A stretch of DNA of 64,000 bases from Escherichia coli (GTDB lineage Bacteria; Pseudomonadota; Gammaproteobacteria; Enterobacterales; Enterobacteriaceae): NCBI RefSeq assembly GCF_003334785.1, contig NZ_QOWV01000016.1. One strand, written 5' to 3'. The notes beneath the pieces are model-generated. The model ran no database searches, had not been told where the DNA came from, and was given only the letters and a program-made list of their open reading frames with translations. Positions within the stretch are counted from its first letter, which is position 1. Each line of letters starts with the position of its first letter. Positions 1 through 11,631 of the stretch are shown here, in pieces. Made by a program: the position numbers and the translations under genes.

Positions 1-230
1 GTGCGGGAGAGGATGAACGGCAGCGGGCCGGGCAGGGCGATGTCGGTTTCACCGGGAAGGACCTTTGCACCGAGCAGGGGATTGACCGGATGGCCGGACG
101 TCACTCCGCCGGGGCACACCGAACAGGCCACGCCGGTGGGGGCACCAATGCGCACCCCGGCTGAACCCTGAACAATGCTACCGCCATACTGCGTCATGTC
201 GCCCTGACGCGCTGCCGGTTTTCCGCTCAT
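1..230 (-). CDS. rhsA: Rhs-family protein, N-terminal ~76 codons only (gene continues beyond window start)
   Basis: Reverse complement from ATG at 230..228 translates MSGKPAARQGDMTQYGGSIVQGSAGVRIGAPTGVACSVCPGG..., the conserved Rhs N-terminus; divergent from yibF as in rhsA synteny (recalled). Confidence 0.8.
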   Translation of the reverse strand, partial: MSGKPAARQGDMTQYGGSIVQGSAGVRIGAPTGVACSVCPGGVTSGHPVNPLLGAKVLPGETDIALPGPLPFILSR

Positions 231-457
231 TTCTCATCCTTGTTTTATCGGGTTATTTGTCTGCTGACAGGCGAAACCCTACAGATTTATAAGAAAGCCT
301 GAAGTGAGATATCCATCAGAGTGAAATAATTAGGAAAATATTTATATCACCATGATAAATATGTGATTTATTTGGAAGTAACAAACCATCAACATTTTCT
401 GCCCTTTTTCCCATCACCAGGCCATACTGATATTTTTCCTCGCACAAAGGACTCGGC

Positions 458-1066
458 ATGAAACTCGTCGGTAGCTACACCAGCCCGTTTGTACGCAAAC
501 TTTCTATTCTGTTGTTAGAAAAGGGCATAACTTTCGAATTTATTAATGAACTGCCCTATAACGCGGACAACGGCGTGGCGCAATTTAACCCGTTAGGAAA
601 AGTGCCGGTGCTGGTGACCGAAGAGGGCGAATGCTGGTTTGATTCGCCGATCATCGCTGAATATATTGAATTAATGAATGTCGCTCCGGCGATGTTGCCG
701 CGCGATCCGCTGGAGTCGTTGCGGGTGCGCAAAATTGAGGCACTGGCGGATGGCATTATGGATGCCGGGCTGGTATCGGTGCGTGAACAGGCGCGTCCAG
801 CGGCGCAGCAGTCTGAAGATGAATTGTTACGCCAGCGGGAGAAAATCAACCGCAGTCTGGATGTGCTGGAAGGATATCTGGTCGATGGCACACTCAAAAC
901 CGATACGGTCAATCTGGCGACTATCGCCATTGCCTGTGCCGTCGGATATCTCAATTTCCGCCGCGTTGCGCCAGGTTGGTGTGTCGACCGCCCACACTTA
1001 GTCAAACTGGTCGAAAACCTGTTTAGCCGCGAAAGTTTTGCTCGCACCGAACCGCCAAAGGCTTGA
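458..1066 (+). CDS. yibF: glutathione S-transferase-like protein
   Basis: 202-aa ORF in track, [28 protein letters not shown]...; GST N-terminal fold signature; position upstream of selA. Confidence 0.9.
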
Positions 1067-1163
1067 TGCGCGATATGTCCTCCTGACCCATCTCACGTTA
1101 CAATCCGTGGTTATGTTAAACGCCCTTCTCCGTGTGAGAGGGCCTTGATCAGCCAGGTTTCCT

Positions 1164-2555
1164 ATGACAACCGAAACGCGTTCCCTCTATAGTCAACTTC
1201 CGGCTATTGATCGCTTATTGCGCGATAGCTCCTTCCTTTCTTTGCGTGATACTTATGGTCACACCCGCGTGGTGGAATTGTTGCGTCAGATGCTCGACGA
1301 AGCGCGAGAAGTGATTCGTGGCAGCCAGACGCTGCCTGCGTGGTGTGAAAACTGGGCGCAAGAAGTCGATGCCCGGTTGACGAAAGAAGCGCAGAGCGCG
1401 CTGCGTCCGGTGATCAACCTGACGGGAACCGTGCTGCATACCAACCTTGGGCGAGCTTTACAGGCGGAAGCCGCGGTGGAAGCCGTTGCGCAGGCTATGC
1501 GTTCGCCAGTGACCCTCGAGTATGATCTGGACGACGCCGGACGCGGACATCGCGATCGGGCGCTGGCGCAGCTGCTGTGCCGTATTACGGGGGCGGAAGA
1601 TGCCTGTATCGTCAATAACAATGCGGCGGCGGTGTTATTGATGTTGGCGGCCACTGCCAGCGGAAAAGAGGTGGTGGTATCTCGCGGCGAACTGGTGGAG
1701 ATTGGCGGCGCGTTTCGTATTCCCGATGTTATGCGTCAGGCAGGCTGCACCCTACACGAAGTAGGGACCACCAACCGCACGCACGCGAATGATTATCGTC
1801 AGGCGGTGAATGAAAATACCGCACTGTTGATGAAAGTACATACCAGTAACTACAGCATTCAGGGGTTCACCAAAGCGATAGATGAAGCGGAACTGGTGGC
1901 GCTCGGCAAAGAGCTGGATGTTCCCGTAGTGACTGATTTAGGCAGTGGCTCGCTGGTCGATCTTAGCCAGTACGGTTTGCCGAAAGAGCCAATGCCGCAG
2001 GAGTTGATTGCGGCGGGCGTCAGTCTGGTGAGTTTCTCCGGCGACAAGTTGTTAGGCGGGCCGCAGGCAGGAATTATTGTTGGTAAAAAAGAGATGATCG
2101 CCCGCCTGCAAAGCCACCCGCTGAAGCGTGCATTACGCGCGGATAAAATGACCCTCGCGGCGCTGGAAGCCACGTTGCGTCTTTATTTACACCCTGAAGC
2201 TCTGAGTGAAAAATTACCGACCCTGCGCCTGCTTACCCGCAGCGCAGAGGTCATTCAAATCCAGGCACAACGTTTACAGGCCCCCCTTGCCGCACATTAC
2301 GGCGCGGAGTTTGCGGTACAGGTTATGCCATGTCTTTCGCAGATTGGCAGTGGTTCGCTGCCGGTTGATCGCCTGCCGAGCGCGGCATTAACGTTTACAC
2401 CCCATGATGGACGCGGTAGCCACCTTGAGTCATTAGCCGCCCGCTGGCGTGAATTGCCAGTGCCGGTGATTGGTCGTATTTATGACGGACGATTGTGGCT
2501 GGATTTACGCTGCCTTGAAGATGAGCAACGGTTTTTGGAGATGTTGTTGAAATGA
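1164..2555 (+). CDS. selA: L-seryl-tRNA(Sec) selenium transferase
   Basis: 463-aa ORF recognised as SelA; stop overlaps selB start (ATGA at 2552..2555). Confidence 0.95.
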   Translation: MTTETRSLYSQLPAIDRLLRDSSFLSLRDTYGHTRVVELLRQMLDEAREVIRGSQTLPAWCENWAQEVDARLTKEAQSALRPVINLTGTVLHTNLGRALQAEAAVEAVAQAMRSPVTLEYDLDDAGRGHRDRALAQLLCRITGAEDACIVNNNAAAVLLMLAATASGKEVVVSRGELVEIGGAFRIPDVMRQAGCTLHEVGTTNRTHANDYRQAVNENTALLMKVHTSNYSIQGFTKAIDEAELVALGKELDVPVVTDLGSGSLVDLSQYGLPKEPMPQELIAAGVSLVSFSGDKLLGGPQAGIIVGKKEMIARLQSHPLKRALRADKMTLAALEATLRLYLHPEALSEKLPTLRLLTRSAEVIQIQAQRLQAPLAAHYGAEFAVQVMPCLSQIGSGSLPVDRLPSAALTFTPHDGRGSHLESLAARWRELPVPVIGRIYDGRLWLDLRCLEDEQRFLEMLLK

Positions 2556-4396
2556 TTATTGCGACTGCCGGACACGTTGACCACGGCAAAACAACCTTAT
2601 TGCAGGCGATTACTGGCGTAAATGCTGACCGTCTGCCGGAAGAAAAAAAGCGCGGCATGACCATCGATCTCGGCTATGCCTACTGGCCGCAGCCGGATGG
2701 TCGCGTGCCTGGTTTTATCGACGTTCCCGGTCATGAAAAGTTTCTTTCCAACATGCTGGCGGGCGTTGGTGGTATCGATCACGCGCTGTTGGTGGTGGCG
2801 TGCGATGACGGCGTGATGGCACAGACCCGTGAGCATCTGGCGATTTTGCAGCTGACCGGTAACCCGATGCTGACAGTGGCGCTGACCAAAGCCGATCGCG
2901 TGGACGAAGCGCGTGTTGATGAGGTTGAACGCCAGGTAAAGGAGGTTCTGCGGGAATACGGTTTTGCTGAGGCAAAACTGTTTATCACCGCAGCAACCGA
3001 AGGTCGGGGAATGGATGCCCTGCGCGAGCATCTGCTTCAGTTGCCGGAACGCGAGCACGCCAGCCAACATAGTTTCCGCCTCGCGATTGACCGCGCATTT
3101 ACCGTAAAAGGTGCCGGGCTGGTCGTCACCGGTACGGCGTTAAGCGGGGAAGTGAAGGTAGGCGATTCACTCTGGCTGACTGGTGTAAATAAACCGATGC
3201 GTGTACGTGCGCTGCATGCGCAAAACCAGCCAACAGAAACCGCCAATGCCGGGCAGCGTATCGCGCTTAACATCGCGGGTGATGCGGAAAAAGAGCAGAT
3301 TAACCGTGGCGACTGGCTGCTTGCCGATGTGCCGCCAGAGCCGTTCACACGGGTGATTGTCGAGCTTCAAACCCATACACCGCTGACCCAGTGGCAGCCG
3401 CTGCATATTCACCACGCCGCCAGCCACGTCACGGGACGCGTTTCACTGCTGGAAGATAACCTTGCTGAACTGGTCTTCGACACCCCGTTATGGCTGGCAG
3501 ATAACGACCGCCTGGTATTGCGCGATATCTCTGCCCGCAACACGCTGGCCGGAGCGCGCGTCGTGATGCTTAACCCGCCGCGTCGCGGTAAACGTAAGCC
3601 GGAATATCTGCAATGGCTGGCGTCTCTTGCACGGGCGCAGAGCGATGCCGATGCGTTATCTGTTCATCTGGAACGCGGCGCGGTTAACCTTGCGGATTTC
3701 GCCTGGGCGCGCCAGCTCAACGGCGAAGGGATGCGCGAATTGCTGCAACAGCCTGGTTATATTCAGGCTGGTTATAGCTTGTTGAATGCGCCGGTTGCCG
3801 CCCGCTGGCAGCGGAAAATTCTCGACACATTAGCGACTTATCATGAGCAACATCGCGATGAACCTGGCCCTGGGCGCGAACGTCTGCGACGTATGGCGTT
3901 GCCAATGGAAGATGAAGCGCTGGTACTGTTGCTGATTGAAAAGATGCGCGAAAGCGGCGACATCCACAGCCATCACGGCTGGCTGCATCTGCCAGATCAC
4001 AAAGCGGGCTTCAGCGAAGAGCAGCAGGCCATCTGGCAAAAAGCAGAGCCACTGTTTGGTGACGAACCGTGGTGGGTGCGTGACCTGGCAAAAGAGACGG
4101 GAACCGACGAGCAGGCAATGCGCCTGACTCTACGCCAGGCGGCGCAGCAAGGAATAATTACCGCGATCGTTAAAGATCGTTATTACCGTAACGATCGGAT
4201 TGTCGAGTTTGCCAATATGATCCGCGATCTCGATCAGGAGTGTGGTTCAACCTGCGCGGTGGATTTCCGCGATCGCTTAGGCGTAGGCCGAAAGCTGGCA
4301 ATTCAGATTCTGGAATATTTTGACCGCATTGGCTTTACGCGTCGTCGTGGAAATGATCATTTATTGCGCGACGCATTATTATTTCCGGAAAAATAA
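2552..4396 (+). CDS. selB: selenocysteine-specific translation elongation factor
   Basis: 614-aa ORF with N-terminal GTPase motifs [23 protein letters not shown]; translationally coupled to selA. Confidence 0.95.
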   Translation: MIIATAGHVDHGKTTLLQAITGVNADRLPEEKKRGMTIDLGYAYWPQPDGRVPGFIDVPGHEKFLSNMLAGVGGIDHALLVVACDDGVMAQTREHLAILQLTGNPMLTVALTKADRVDEARVDEVERQVKEVLREYGFAEAKLFITAATEGRGMDALREHLLQLPEREHASQHSFRLAIDRAFTVKGAGLVVTGTALSGEVKVGDSLWLTGVNKPMRVRALHAQNQPTETANAGQRIALNIAGDAEKEQINRGDWLLADVPPEPFTRVIVELQTHTPLTQWQPLHIHHAASHVTGRVSLLEDNLAELVFDTPLWLADNDRLVLRDISARNTLAGARVVMLNPPRRGKRKPEYLQWLASLARAQSDADALSVHLERGAVNLADFAWARQLNGEGMRELLQQPGYIQAGYSLLNAPVAARWQRKILDTLATYHEQHRDEPGPGRERLRRMALPMEDEALVLLLIEKMRESGDIHSHHGWLHLPDHKAGFSEEQQAIWQKAEPLFGDEPWWVRDLAKETGTDEQAMRLTLRQAAQQGIITAIVKDRYYRNDRIVEFANMIRDLDQECGSTCAVDFRDRLGVGRKLAIQILEYFDRIGFTRRRGNDHLLRDALLFPEK

Positions 4397-4451
4397 GGAA
4401 ATGATTAATTAAGTTTTAAAATAAATTAATACAAAATTCTTATGAATTTAA

Positions 4452-4490
4452 AAAAAGCACATTGTTTAATGAATACAATGTGCTTTTTAT
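4452..4490 (+). terminator. rho-independent terminator downstream of selAB
   Basis: Stem agcacattg (4456..4464) / caatgtgct (4476..4484) followed by TTTTT; lies in a very AT-rich 190-bp spacer. Confidence 0.7.
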
Positions 4491-4585
4491 TAGATTAATT
4501 TTGATAATCAATAATACTGATCATATTTTCGAATGAAAATCCTCAGTAAGCTGCCCGCCCTTTTTTACACTTTCAGGAGTGTGTT

Positions 4586-5737
4586 ATGGCAGCTTCAACG
4601 TTCTTTATTCCTTCTGTGAATGTCATCGGCGCTGATTCATTGACTGATGCAATGAATATGATGGCAGATTATGGATTTACCCGTACCTTAATTGTCACTG
4701 ACAATATGTTAACGAAATTAGGTATGGCGGGCGATGTGCAAAAAGCACTGGAAGAACGCAATATTTTTAGCGTTATTTATGATGGCACCCAACCTAACCC
4801 CACCACGGAAAACGTCGCCGCAGGTTTGAAATTACTTAAAGAGAATAATTGCGATAGCGTGATCTCCTTAGGCGGTGGTTCTCCACACGACTGCGCAAAA
4901 GGTATTGCGCTGGTGGCAGCCAATGGCGGCGATATTCGCGATTACGAAGGCGTTGACCGCTCTGCAAAACCGCAGCTGCCGATGATCGCCATCAATACCA
5001 CGGCGGGTACGGCCTCTGAAATGACCCGTTTCTGCATCATCACTGACGAAGCGCGTCATATCAAAATGGCGATTGTTGATAAACATGTCACTCCGCTGCT
5101 TTCTGTCAATGACTCCTCTCTGATGATTGGTATGCCGAAGTCACTGACCGCCGCAACGGGTATGGATGCCTTAACGCACGCTATCGAAGCATATGTTTCT
5201 ATTGCCGCCACGCCGATCACTGACGCTTGTGCACTGAAAGCCGTGACCATGATTGCCGAAAACCTGCCGTTAGCCGTTGAAGATGGCAGTAATGCGAAAG
5301 CGCGTGAAGCAATGGCTTATGCCCAGTTCCTCGCCGGTATGGCGTTCAATAATGCTTCTCTGGGTTATGTTCATGCGATGGCGCACCAGCTGGGCGGTTT
5401 CTACAACCTGCCACACGGTGTATGTAACGCCGTTTTGCTGCCGCACGTTCAGGTATTCAACAGCAAAGTCGCCGCTGCACGTCTGCGTGACTGTGCCGCT
5501 GCAATGGGCGTGAACGTGACAGGTAAAAACGACGCGGAAGGTGCTGAAGCCTGCATTAACGCCATCCGTGAACTGGCGAAGAAAGTGGATATCCCGGCAG
5601 GCCTACGCGACCTGAACGTGAAAGAAGAAGATTTCGCGGTATTGGCGACTAATGCCCTGAAAGATGCCTGTGGCTTTACTAACCCGATCCAGGCAACTCA
5701 CGAAGAAATTGTGGCGATTTATCGCGCAGCGATGTAA
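4586..5737 (+). CDS. yiaY: iron-containing (group III) alcohol dehydrogenase
   Basis: 383-aa ORF; SD aggag at 4571..4575; Fe-ADH family sequence recognised. Confidence 0.9.
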
Positions 5738-5901
5738 TCATCATTTCCACAACGGCTGGCAAATTGTCAGCCGCTTTTTCAACTATCTCTGTAACCCTTG
5801 CCCGTAAATTCGTGATAGCTGTCGTAAAGCTGTTACCGACTGGCGAAGATTTCGCCAGTCACGTCTACCCTTGTTATACCTCACACCGCAAGGAGACGAT
5901 C

Positions 5902-7440
5902 ATGACCAATAATCCCCCTTCAGCACAGATTAAGCCCGGCGAGTATGGTTTCCCCCTCAAGTTAAAAGCCCGCTATGACAACTTTATTGGCGGCGAATGG
6001 GTAGCCCCTGCCGACGGCGAGTATTACCAGAATCTGACGCCGGTGACCGGGCAGCTGCTGTGCGAAGTGGCGTCTTCGGGCAAACGAGACATCGATCTGG
6101 CGCTGGATGCTGCGCACAAAGTGAAAGATAAATGGGCGCACACCTCGGTGCAGGATCGTGCGGCGATTCTGTTTAAGATTGCCGATCGAATGGAACAAAA
6201 CCTCGAGCTGTTAGCGACAGCTGAAACCTGGGATAACGGCAAACCCATTCGCGAAACCAGTGCTGCGGATGTACCGCTGGCGATTGACCATTTCCGCTAT
6301 TTCGCCTCGTGTATTCGGGCGCAGGAAGGTGGGATCAGTGAAGTTGATAGCGAAACCGTGGCCTATCATTTCCATGAACCGTTAGGCGTGGTGGGGCAGA
6401 TTATCCCGTGGAACTTCCCGCTGCTGATGGCGAGCTGGAAAATGGCTCCCGCGCTGGCGGCGGGCAACTGTGTGGTGCTGAAACCCGCACGTCTTACCCC
6501 GCTTTCTGTACTGCTGCTAATGGAAATTGTCGGTGATTTACTGCCGCCGGGCGTGGTGAACGTGGTCAATGGCGCAGGTGGGGTAATTGGCGAATATCTG
6601 GCGACCTCGAAACGCATCGCCAAAGTGGCGTTTACCGGCTCAACGGAAGTGGGCCAACAAATTATGCAATACGCAACGCAAAACATTATTCCGGTGACGC
6701 TGGAGTTGGGCGGTAAGTCGCCAAATATCTTCTTTGCTGATGTGATGGATGAAGAAGATGCCTTTTTCGATAAAGCGCTGGAAGGCTTTGCACTGTTTGC
6801 CTTTAACCAGGGCGAAGTTTGCACCTGTCCGAGTCGTGCTTTAGTGCAGGAATCTATCTACGAACGCTTTATGGAACGCGCCATCCGCCGTGTCGAAAGC
6901 ATTCGTAGCGGTAACCCGCTCGACAGCGTGACGCAAATGGGCGCGCAGGTTTCTCACGGGCAACTGGAAACCATCCTCAACTACATTGATATCGGTAAAA
7001 AAGAGGGCGCTGACGTGCTCACAGGCGGGCGGCGCAAGCTGCTGGAAGGTGAACTGAAAGACGGCTACTACCTCGAACCGACGATTCTGTTTGGTCAGAA
7101 CAATATGCGGGTGTTCCAGGAGGAGATTTTTGGCCCGGTGCTGGCGGTGACCACCTTCAAAACGATGGAAGAAGCGCTGGAGCTGGCGAACGATACGCAA
7201 TATGGCCTGGGCGCGGGCGTCTGGAGCCGCAACGGTAATCTGGCCTATAAGATGGGGCGCGGCATACAGGCTGGGCGCGTGTGGACCAACTGTTATCACG
7301 CTTACCCGGCACATGCGGCGTTTGGTGGCTACAAACAATCAGGTATCGGTCGCGAAACCCACAAGATGATGCTGGAGCATTACCAGCAAACCAAGTGCCT
7401 GCTGGTGAGCTACTCGGATAAACCGTTGGGGCTGTTCTGA
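5902..7440 (+). CDS. aldB: NADP-dependent aldehyde dehydrogenase B
   Basis: Track ORF starts at 5764, but the recognised AldB N-terminus [17 protein letters not shown] begins at ATG 5902, preceded by SD aggag 5891..5895; 512 codons. Confidence 0.9.
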   Translation: MTNNPPSAQIKPGEYGFPLKLKARYDNFIGGEWVAPADGEYYQNLTPVTGQLLCEVASSGKRDIDLALDAAHKVKDKWAHTSVQDRAAILFKIADRMEQNLELLATAETWDNGKPIRETSAADVPLAIDHFRYFASCIRAQEGGISEVDSETVAYHFHEPLGVVGQIIPWNFPLLMASWKMAPALAAGNCVVLKPARLTPLSVLLLMEIVGDLLPPGVVNVVNGAGGVIGEYLATSKRIAKVAFTGSTEVGQQIMQYATQNIIPVTLELGGKSPNIFFADVMDEEDAFFDKALEGFALFAFNQGEVCTCPSRALVQESIYERFMERAIRRVESIRSGNPLDSVTQMGAQVSHGQLETILNYIDIGKKEGADVLTGGRRKLLEGELKDGYYLEPTILFGQNNMRVFQEEIFGPVLAVTTFKTMEEALELANDTQYGLGAGVWSRNGNLAYKMGRGIQAGRVWTNCYHAYPAHAAFGGYKQSGIGRETHKMMLEHYQQTKCLLVSYSDKPLGLF

Positions 7441-7471
7441 TATAAGAAGCTGGTCGCATTGGGTATTCATT

Positions 7472-7554
7472 GCCTGATGCGACGCTTACGCGTCTTATCA
7501 TGCCTACGGGAACCTGACCGTAGGCCGGATAAGGCGTACACGCCGCATCCGGCA
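7472..7554. repeat. REP/BIME-type palindromic units downstream of aldB
   Basis: gcctgatgcgacgc...gtcttatcatgcctac and gtaggccggataaggcgtacacgccgcatccggca: the characteristic GCC(G/T)GATGCG / CGCATCCGGCA REP consensus halves. Confidence 0.7.
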
Positions 7555-7658
7555 TAAACAAAGCGCACGTTGTTACAATTTACGTTTTAAACCTACGTGC
7601 GCAATAACCCAGACTACGCCAACAGAAGTACGTTTCTGGGGCGTGTTTTGTCAGGAGT

Positions 7659-7871
7659 TTAATCTCGCGTTTCGATGGTGAGCGGGCGAACCAGGCCGTA
7701 AATCACCATTGGTGATCCGAGGCCAATCAGCAATAAACGGTAGATAATTGAAGGTTTAATACGCTTAATCTGTACTGTGGATGTTTTACTGGAGTTATTC
7801 ATTAGTTTGGCCAATAGTTCCACTATTTCAATATGATAAACCTCGTCCTGTTGAAAAACCAGACAGCACAT
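7659..7871 (-). CDS. hypothetical small protein (70 aa; hydrophobic C-terminal half), unassigned
   Basis: ORF in track only; no convincing SD at either in-frame ATG; sits between aldB and yiaW where I recall no annotated gene. Confidence 0.25.
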   Translation of the reverse strand: MCCLVFQQDEVYHIEIVELLAKLMNNSSKTSTVQIKRIKPSIIYRLLLIGLGSPMVIYGLVRPLTIETRD

Positions 7872-7984
7872 TTAAGAAAGTATATAAAAAACAATATGTC
7901 GTTATATAAATAAGGAAATTGCACTGCATCATGGCATTTCATAATATGCGTTAATTGTTCTTTTTTATATTCTTTGAGGGAAAT

Positions 7985-8308
7985 ATGTTCCTGGACTATT
8001 TTGCACTGGGAGTGCTTATTTTTGTATTTCTGGTGATCTTCTATGGGATCATTATTTTACATGATATTCCCTACCTGATTGCCAAAAAACGTAATCATCC
8101 TCATGCCGACGCCATTCATGTTGCTGGTTGGGTGAGTCTTTTTACGTTACATGTTATCTGGCCGTTTTTGTGGATTTGGGCCACGCTTTACCGCCCGGAG
8201 CGGGGATGGGGAATGCAAAGCCATGATTCATCCGTTATGCAACTGCAACAGCGCATTGCCGGGCTGGAGAAACAGCTCGCCGACATCAAATCCTCTTCTG
8301 CCGAGTAA
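7985..8308 (+). CDS. yiaW: small inner-membrane protein (DUF3302 family)
   Basis: 107-codon frame [21 protein letters not shown]... from ATG 7985 inside the 117-aa track ORF; followed 5 bp later by yiaV. Confidence 0.85.
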
Positions 8309-8313
8309 TACTT

Positions 8314-9450
8314 ATGGATTTACTGATTATTTTGACCTATGTGGCTTTTGCATGGGCAATGTTTAAGATCTTCAAAATTCCCGTAAATAAATGGACCATT
8401 CCCACAGCGGCCCTGGGTGGAATATTTATTGTCAGCGGTCTAATTCTGTTAATGAACTATAACCATCCGTATACCTTTAAAGCGCAAAAAGCGGTTATTT
8501 CTATTCCTGTTGTCCCACAGGTGACTGGTGTGGTGATTGAAGTGACGGATAAGAAAAATACGCTGATTAAAAAAGGTGAGGTGCTATTTCGACTGGACCC
8601 GACGCGTTATCAGGCGCGGGTGGATCGGCTGATGGCGGATATCGTTACCGCAGAACATAAACAGCGGGCGTTGGGCGCAGAGTTAGATGAGATGGCGGCG
8701 AATACTCAGCAGGCAAAGGCCACGCGGGATAAATTCGCTAAAGAGTATCAGCGTTACGCACGTGGCAGCCAGGCGAAAGTAAACCCGTTTTCAGAACGCG
8801 ATATCGATGTGGCGCGGCAAAATTATCTGGCGCAGGAAGCCTCCGTGAAGTCATCGGCGGCGGAACAAAAACAGATCCAGAGCCAGCTGGATAGCCTGGT
8901 GTTGGGTGAACATTCTCAAATCGCCAGCCTGAAAGCACAGCTCGCGGAAGCAAAATATAACCTTGAGCAGACGATAGTGCGTGCGCCGAGCGATGGTTAT
9001 GTGACCCAGGTACTGATTCGTCCGGGTACCTATGCCGCGTCGCTGCCGCTACGTCCGGTGATGGTGTTTATACCCGATCAGAAACGACAAATCGTGGCGC
9101 AGTTCCGTCAGAACTCCTTGCTGCGACTGGCTCCTGGCGACGATGCGGAAGTGGTGTTTAATGCTCTGCCAGGTAAGGTATTCAGCGGTAAGCTGGCAGC
9201 CATTAGTCCAGCCGTTCCCGGCGGAGCTTATCAGTCGACCGGCACCTTACAGACGTTAAACACAGCGCCGGGTTCAGATGGCGTTATCGCGACCATTGAA
9301 CTGGATGAGCACACTGATTTGAGCGCTTTACCAGACGGTATTTACGCCCAGGTGGCGGTTTACTCTGATCATTTCAGCCATGTCTCGGTGATGCGCAAAG
9401 TGCTATTACGCATGACCAGCTGGGTGCATTACCTTTATCTCGATCATTAA
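8314..9450 (+). CDS. yiaV: HlyD-family membrane fusion / periplasmic adaptor protein
   Basis: 378-aa ORF; N-terminal TM segment then long coiled-coil ([37 protein letters not shown]...). Confidence 0.9.
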
Positions 9451-10421
9451 TCTTCGCTTTCCGCCGCTTGTTCAGGCCGCAGTTGCTGCGACTGAGCAAG
9501 CTGGTGGCGAATTTCACGCAGCATTTCATCCAGCACATACTGGACCCGCCAGGGCTGGTATTCCCGTTTACGGAAGATAGCCACCAGATCCAGCCACCAT
9601 TCATAGGGTTGCTGAAAGCAGGGCACCAGCGTGCCGTCTTGCAGGTCGCTCTGCACACTTTTGTCTGGCGCAAACACAATCCCCAGGTGATTTCGTGCCA
9701 GCTCCAGCGCAGATTGCGTGTTGTCGCAAACGTAATTTCCCTTCACGCGATAATCCCGCACCTCTTTACTCCCGGCGACGTTGAAGCGCCAGATATTCGC
9801 GTCGTCGATCATCATCGAGTCGATCAAAATACAGGAGTGATGTTCGAGTTCGTCAGGACGGCTAATGGGATGTTTCTCAAGATAGCGCTGGCTGGCATAA
9901 GCGGTTACGGCATATTGGGTAATAAAACTGGCAACCAGCGATTCATCTTTTGGTGGAGCGTAGCTGATTAAAACATCACAATCATCAGGAAATTCGACGC
10001 CTTCATAAAAGGCATTACGCTCAAGATTGCAGGTTTTTAGCGGTAAGGTGATATCACCGATATCTTTAATTTTATCGATTACATGTTTGGATAAATAGGT
10101 AATTATGCCGGTTGGGGCGTAGATGGTGACCCGACCACGTTTCTCATGCTTATAATCTGCAATAAAATTATTAAGTTGCTCGTTTCTGTCCAGCATGTCG
10201 TTGATGTACGGTAACAGCGCGGTGCCAAAAGGTGTGAGCATCAGCTGCCGGGTGGTTCGGTCAAAGACTTTTAAACCCACTTTTGATTCAAAATCAGCAA
10301 GATATTTGCTGACGTTGGCCTGTGCGATGCCAAGTACAGTCGCGGCATGGCTGATATTTTCACTGGCAGCGATTACCGAGATAATTTTTAACTCCCGGTA
10401 CTTAAGTTGTAATTTTGTCAT
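9447..10421 (-). CDS. yiaU: LysR-family transcriptional regulator
   Basis: 324-aa ORF with N-terminal HTH ([27 protein letters not shown]); 3' end overlaps yiaV 3' end by 4 bp (convergent). Confidence 0.9.
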
Positions 10422-10544
10422 CGCAACAGCCCAATTATATATAATTTTATATATTACTATATAAATATGAATCTTGCACCGGAGAAATTGTAAGCATTAT
10501 TATGCCGACTCTTTTTTATCTTATTTTAAAATGGAATACCGGAC

Positions 10545-11285
10545 ATGTTAATTAATCGCAATATTGTGGCGTTATTTGCGTTGCCTTTTATGGCAAGCGC
10601 AACTGCTTCTGAATTATCCATTGGTGCTGGTGCGGCTTATAATGAATCGCCTTATCGCGGTTATAATGAAAATACGAAGGCAATTCCGCTGATTAGTTAT
10701 GAAGGTGATACTTTTTATGTTCGTCAGACCACGTTAGGTTTTATTCTGTCGCAAAGTGAAAAAAATGAACTTAGCCTGACCGCATCCTGGATGCCGCTGG
10801 AATTTGACCCTACCGATAATGACGATTATGCCATGCAACAGCTTGATAAGCGTGATAGTACGGCTATGGCGGGGGTTGCCTGGTATCACCACGAGCGTTG
10901 GGGAACCGTGAAAGCCTCTGCAGCTGCGGACGTTCTGGATAACAGCAACGGCTGGGTGGGGGAGCTATCGGTATTCCACAAAATGCAGATAGGTCGTCTG
11001 TCGCTGACACCTGCGCTGGGCGTTCTCTATTATGACGAGAATTTCAGTGACTATTACTATGGCATTTCAGAGAGTGAGTCCCGTCGTAGCGGTCTGGCAA
11101 GTTATTCCGCGCAGGATGCCTGGGTGCCCTATGTCAGCCTGACGGCAAAATACCCGATAGGAGAGCACGTCGTATTGATGGCGAGCGCAGGATACAGCGA
11201 GCTGCCGGAAGAGATTACCGACAGCCCGATGATTGATCGTAATGAGAGTTTTACCTTTGTCACCGGGGTGAGCTGGCGTTTTTAA
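10545..11285 (+). CDS. yiaT: MipA/OmpV-family outer-membrane protein
   Basis: 246-aa ORF with signal peptide MLINRNIVALFALPFMASATA and terminal ...GVSWRF beta-barrel motif. Confidence 0.9.
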   Translation: MLINRNIVALFALPFMASATASELSIGAGAAYNESPYRGYNENTKAIPLISYEGDTFYVRQTTLGFILSQSEKNELSLTASWMPLEFDPTDNDDYAMQQLDKRDSTAMAGVAWYHHERWGTVKASAAADVLDNSNGWVGELSVFHKMQIGRLSLTPALGVLYYDENFSDYYYGISESESRRSGLASYSAQDAWVPYVSLTAKYPIGEHVVLMASAGYSELPEEITDSPMIDRNESFTFVTGVSWRF

Positions 11286-11631
11286 TTCACCGGTGGATGT
11301 CGGTGCGGCTGGTGCTCCGTCGTAATGCCACAAAGGTTGTTGCTCTGGATTGCTCTGTTCATACCGGGAACCTGGCGTCTGAATCAGGATCTTATGGCTG
11401 AACAATCCCTTGCCTTCAAATGTCGTAAATGGCGCATCGGCGGGCAGCAACAGGTTATGCAGTGACTCGACGTTGTCGGCCTGCTCCATGCAATACGGTT
11501 TAATGACGTTGGCTATTTCCGGCAGATTTTTCAGAAACATACTGGTTTAACGCCAGCAGCGTGGAAGCGGCGTTACAGCAAGGAACATATCAATTCGTAG
11601 TGCCGGGGCGATGAAGCCCCGGCGTGAGGGA

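Noticed and set aside
5764-5901. 5' extensions of track ORFs (aldB here; likewise avtA, xylF, xylA, tag, ghrB, yhjX, eptB, yhjV, yiaF, sgbU, yiaB)
   Set aside because: In each case the recognised protein N-terminus and a properly spaced Shine-Dalgarno sequence are at an internal start; the extensions are just open upstream sequence.
6841-7338. 165-aa ORF on the minus strand
   Set aside because: Antisense to aldB; shadow ORF.
7564-7600. Palindrome gcgcacgt...acgtgcgc as an aldB terminator
   Set aside because: No U-tract follows on either strand; more likely part of the REP/BIME cluster or a protein-binding site than an intrinsic terminator.
9499-9506. Chi sequence GCTGGTGG (also seen near 38770, 52170, 58110)
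   Set aside because: Chi octamers are frequent in E. coli core genes; these occurrences are not a distinctive feature.
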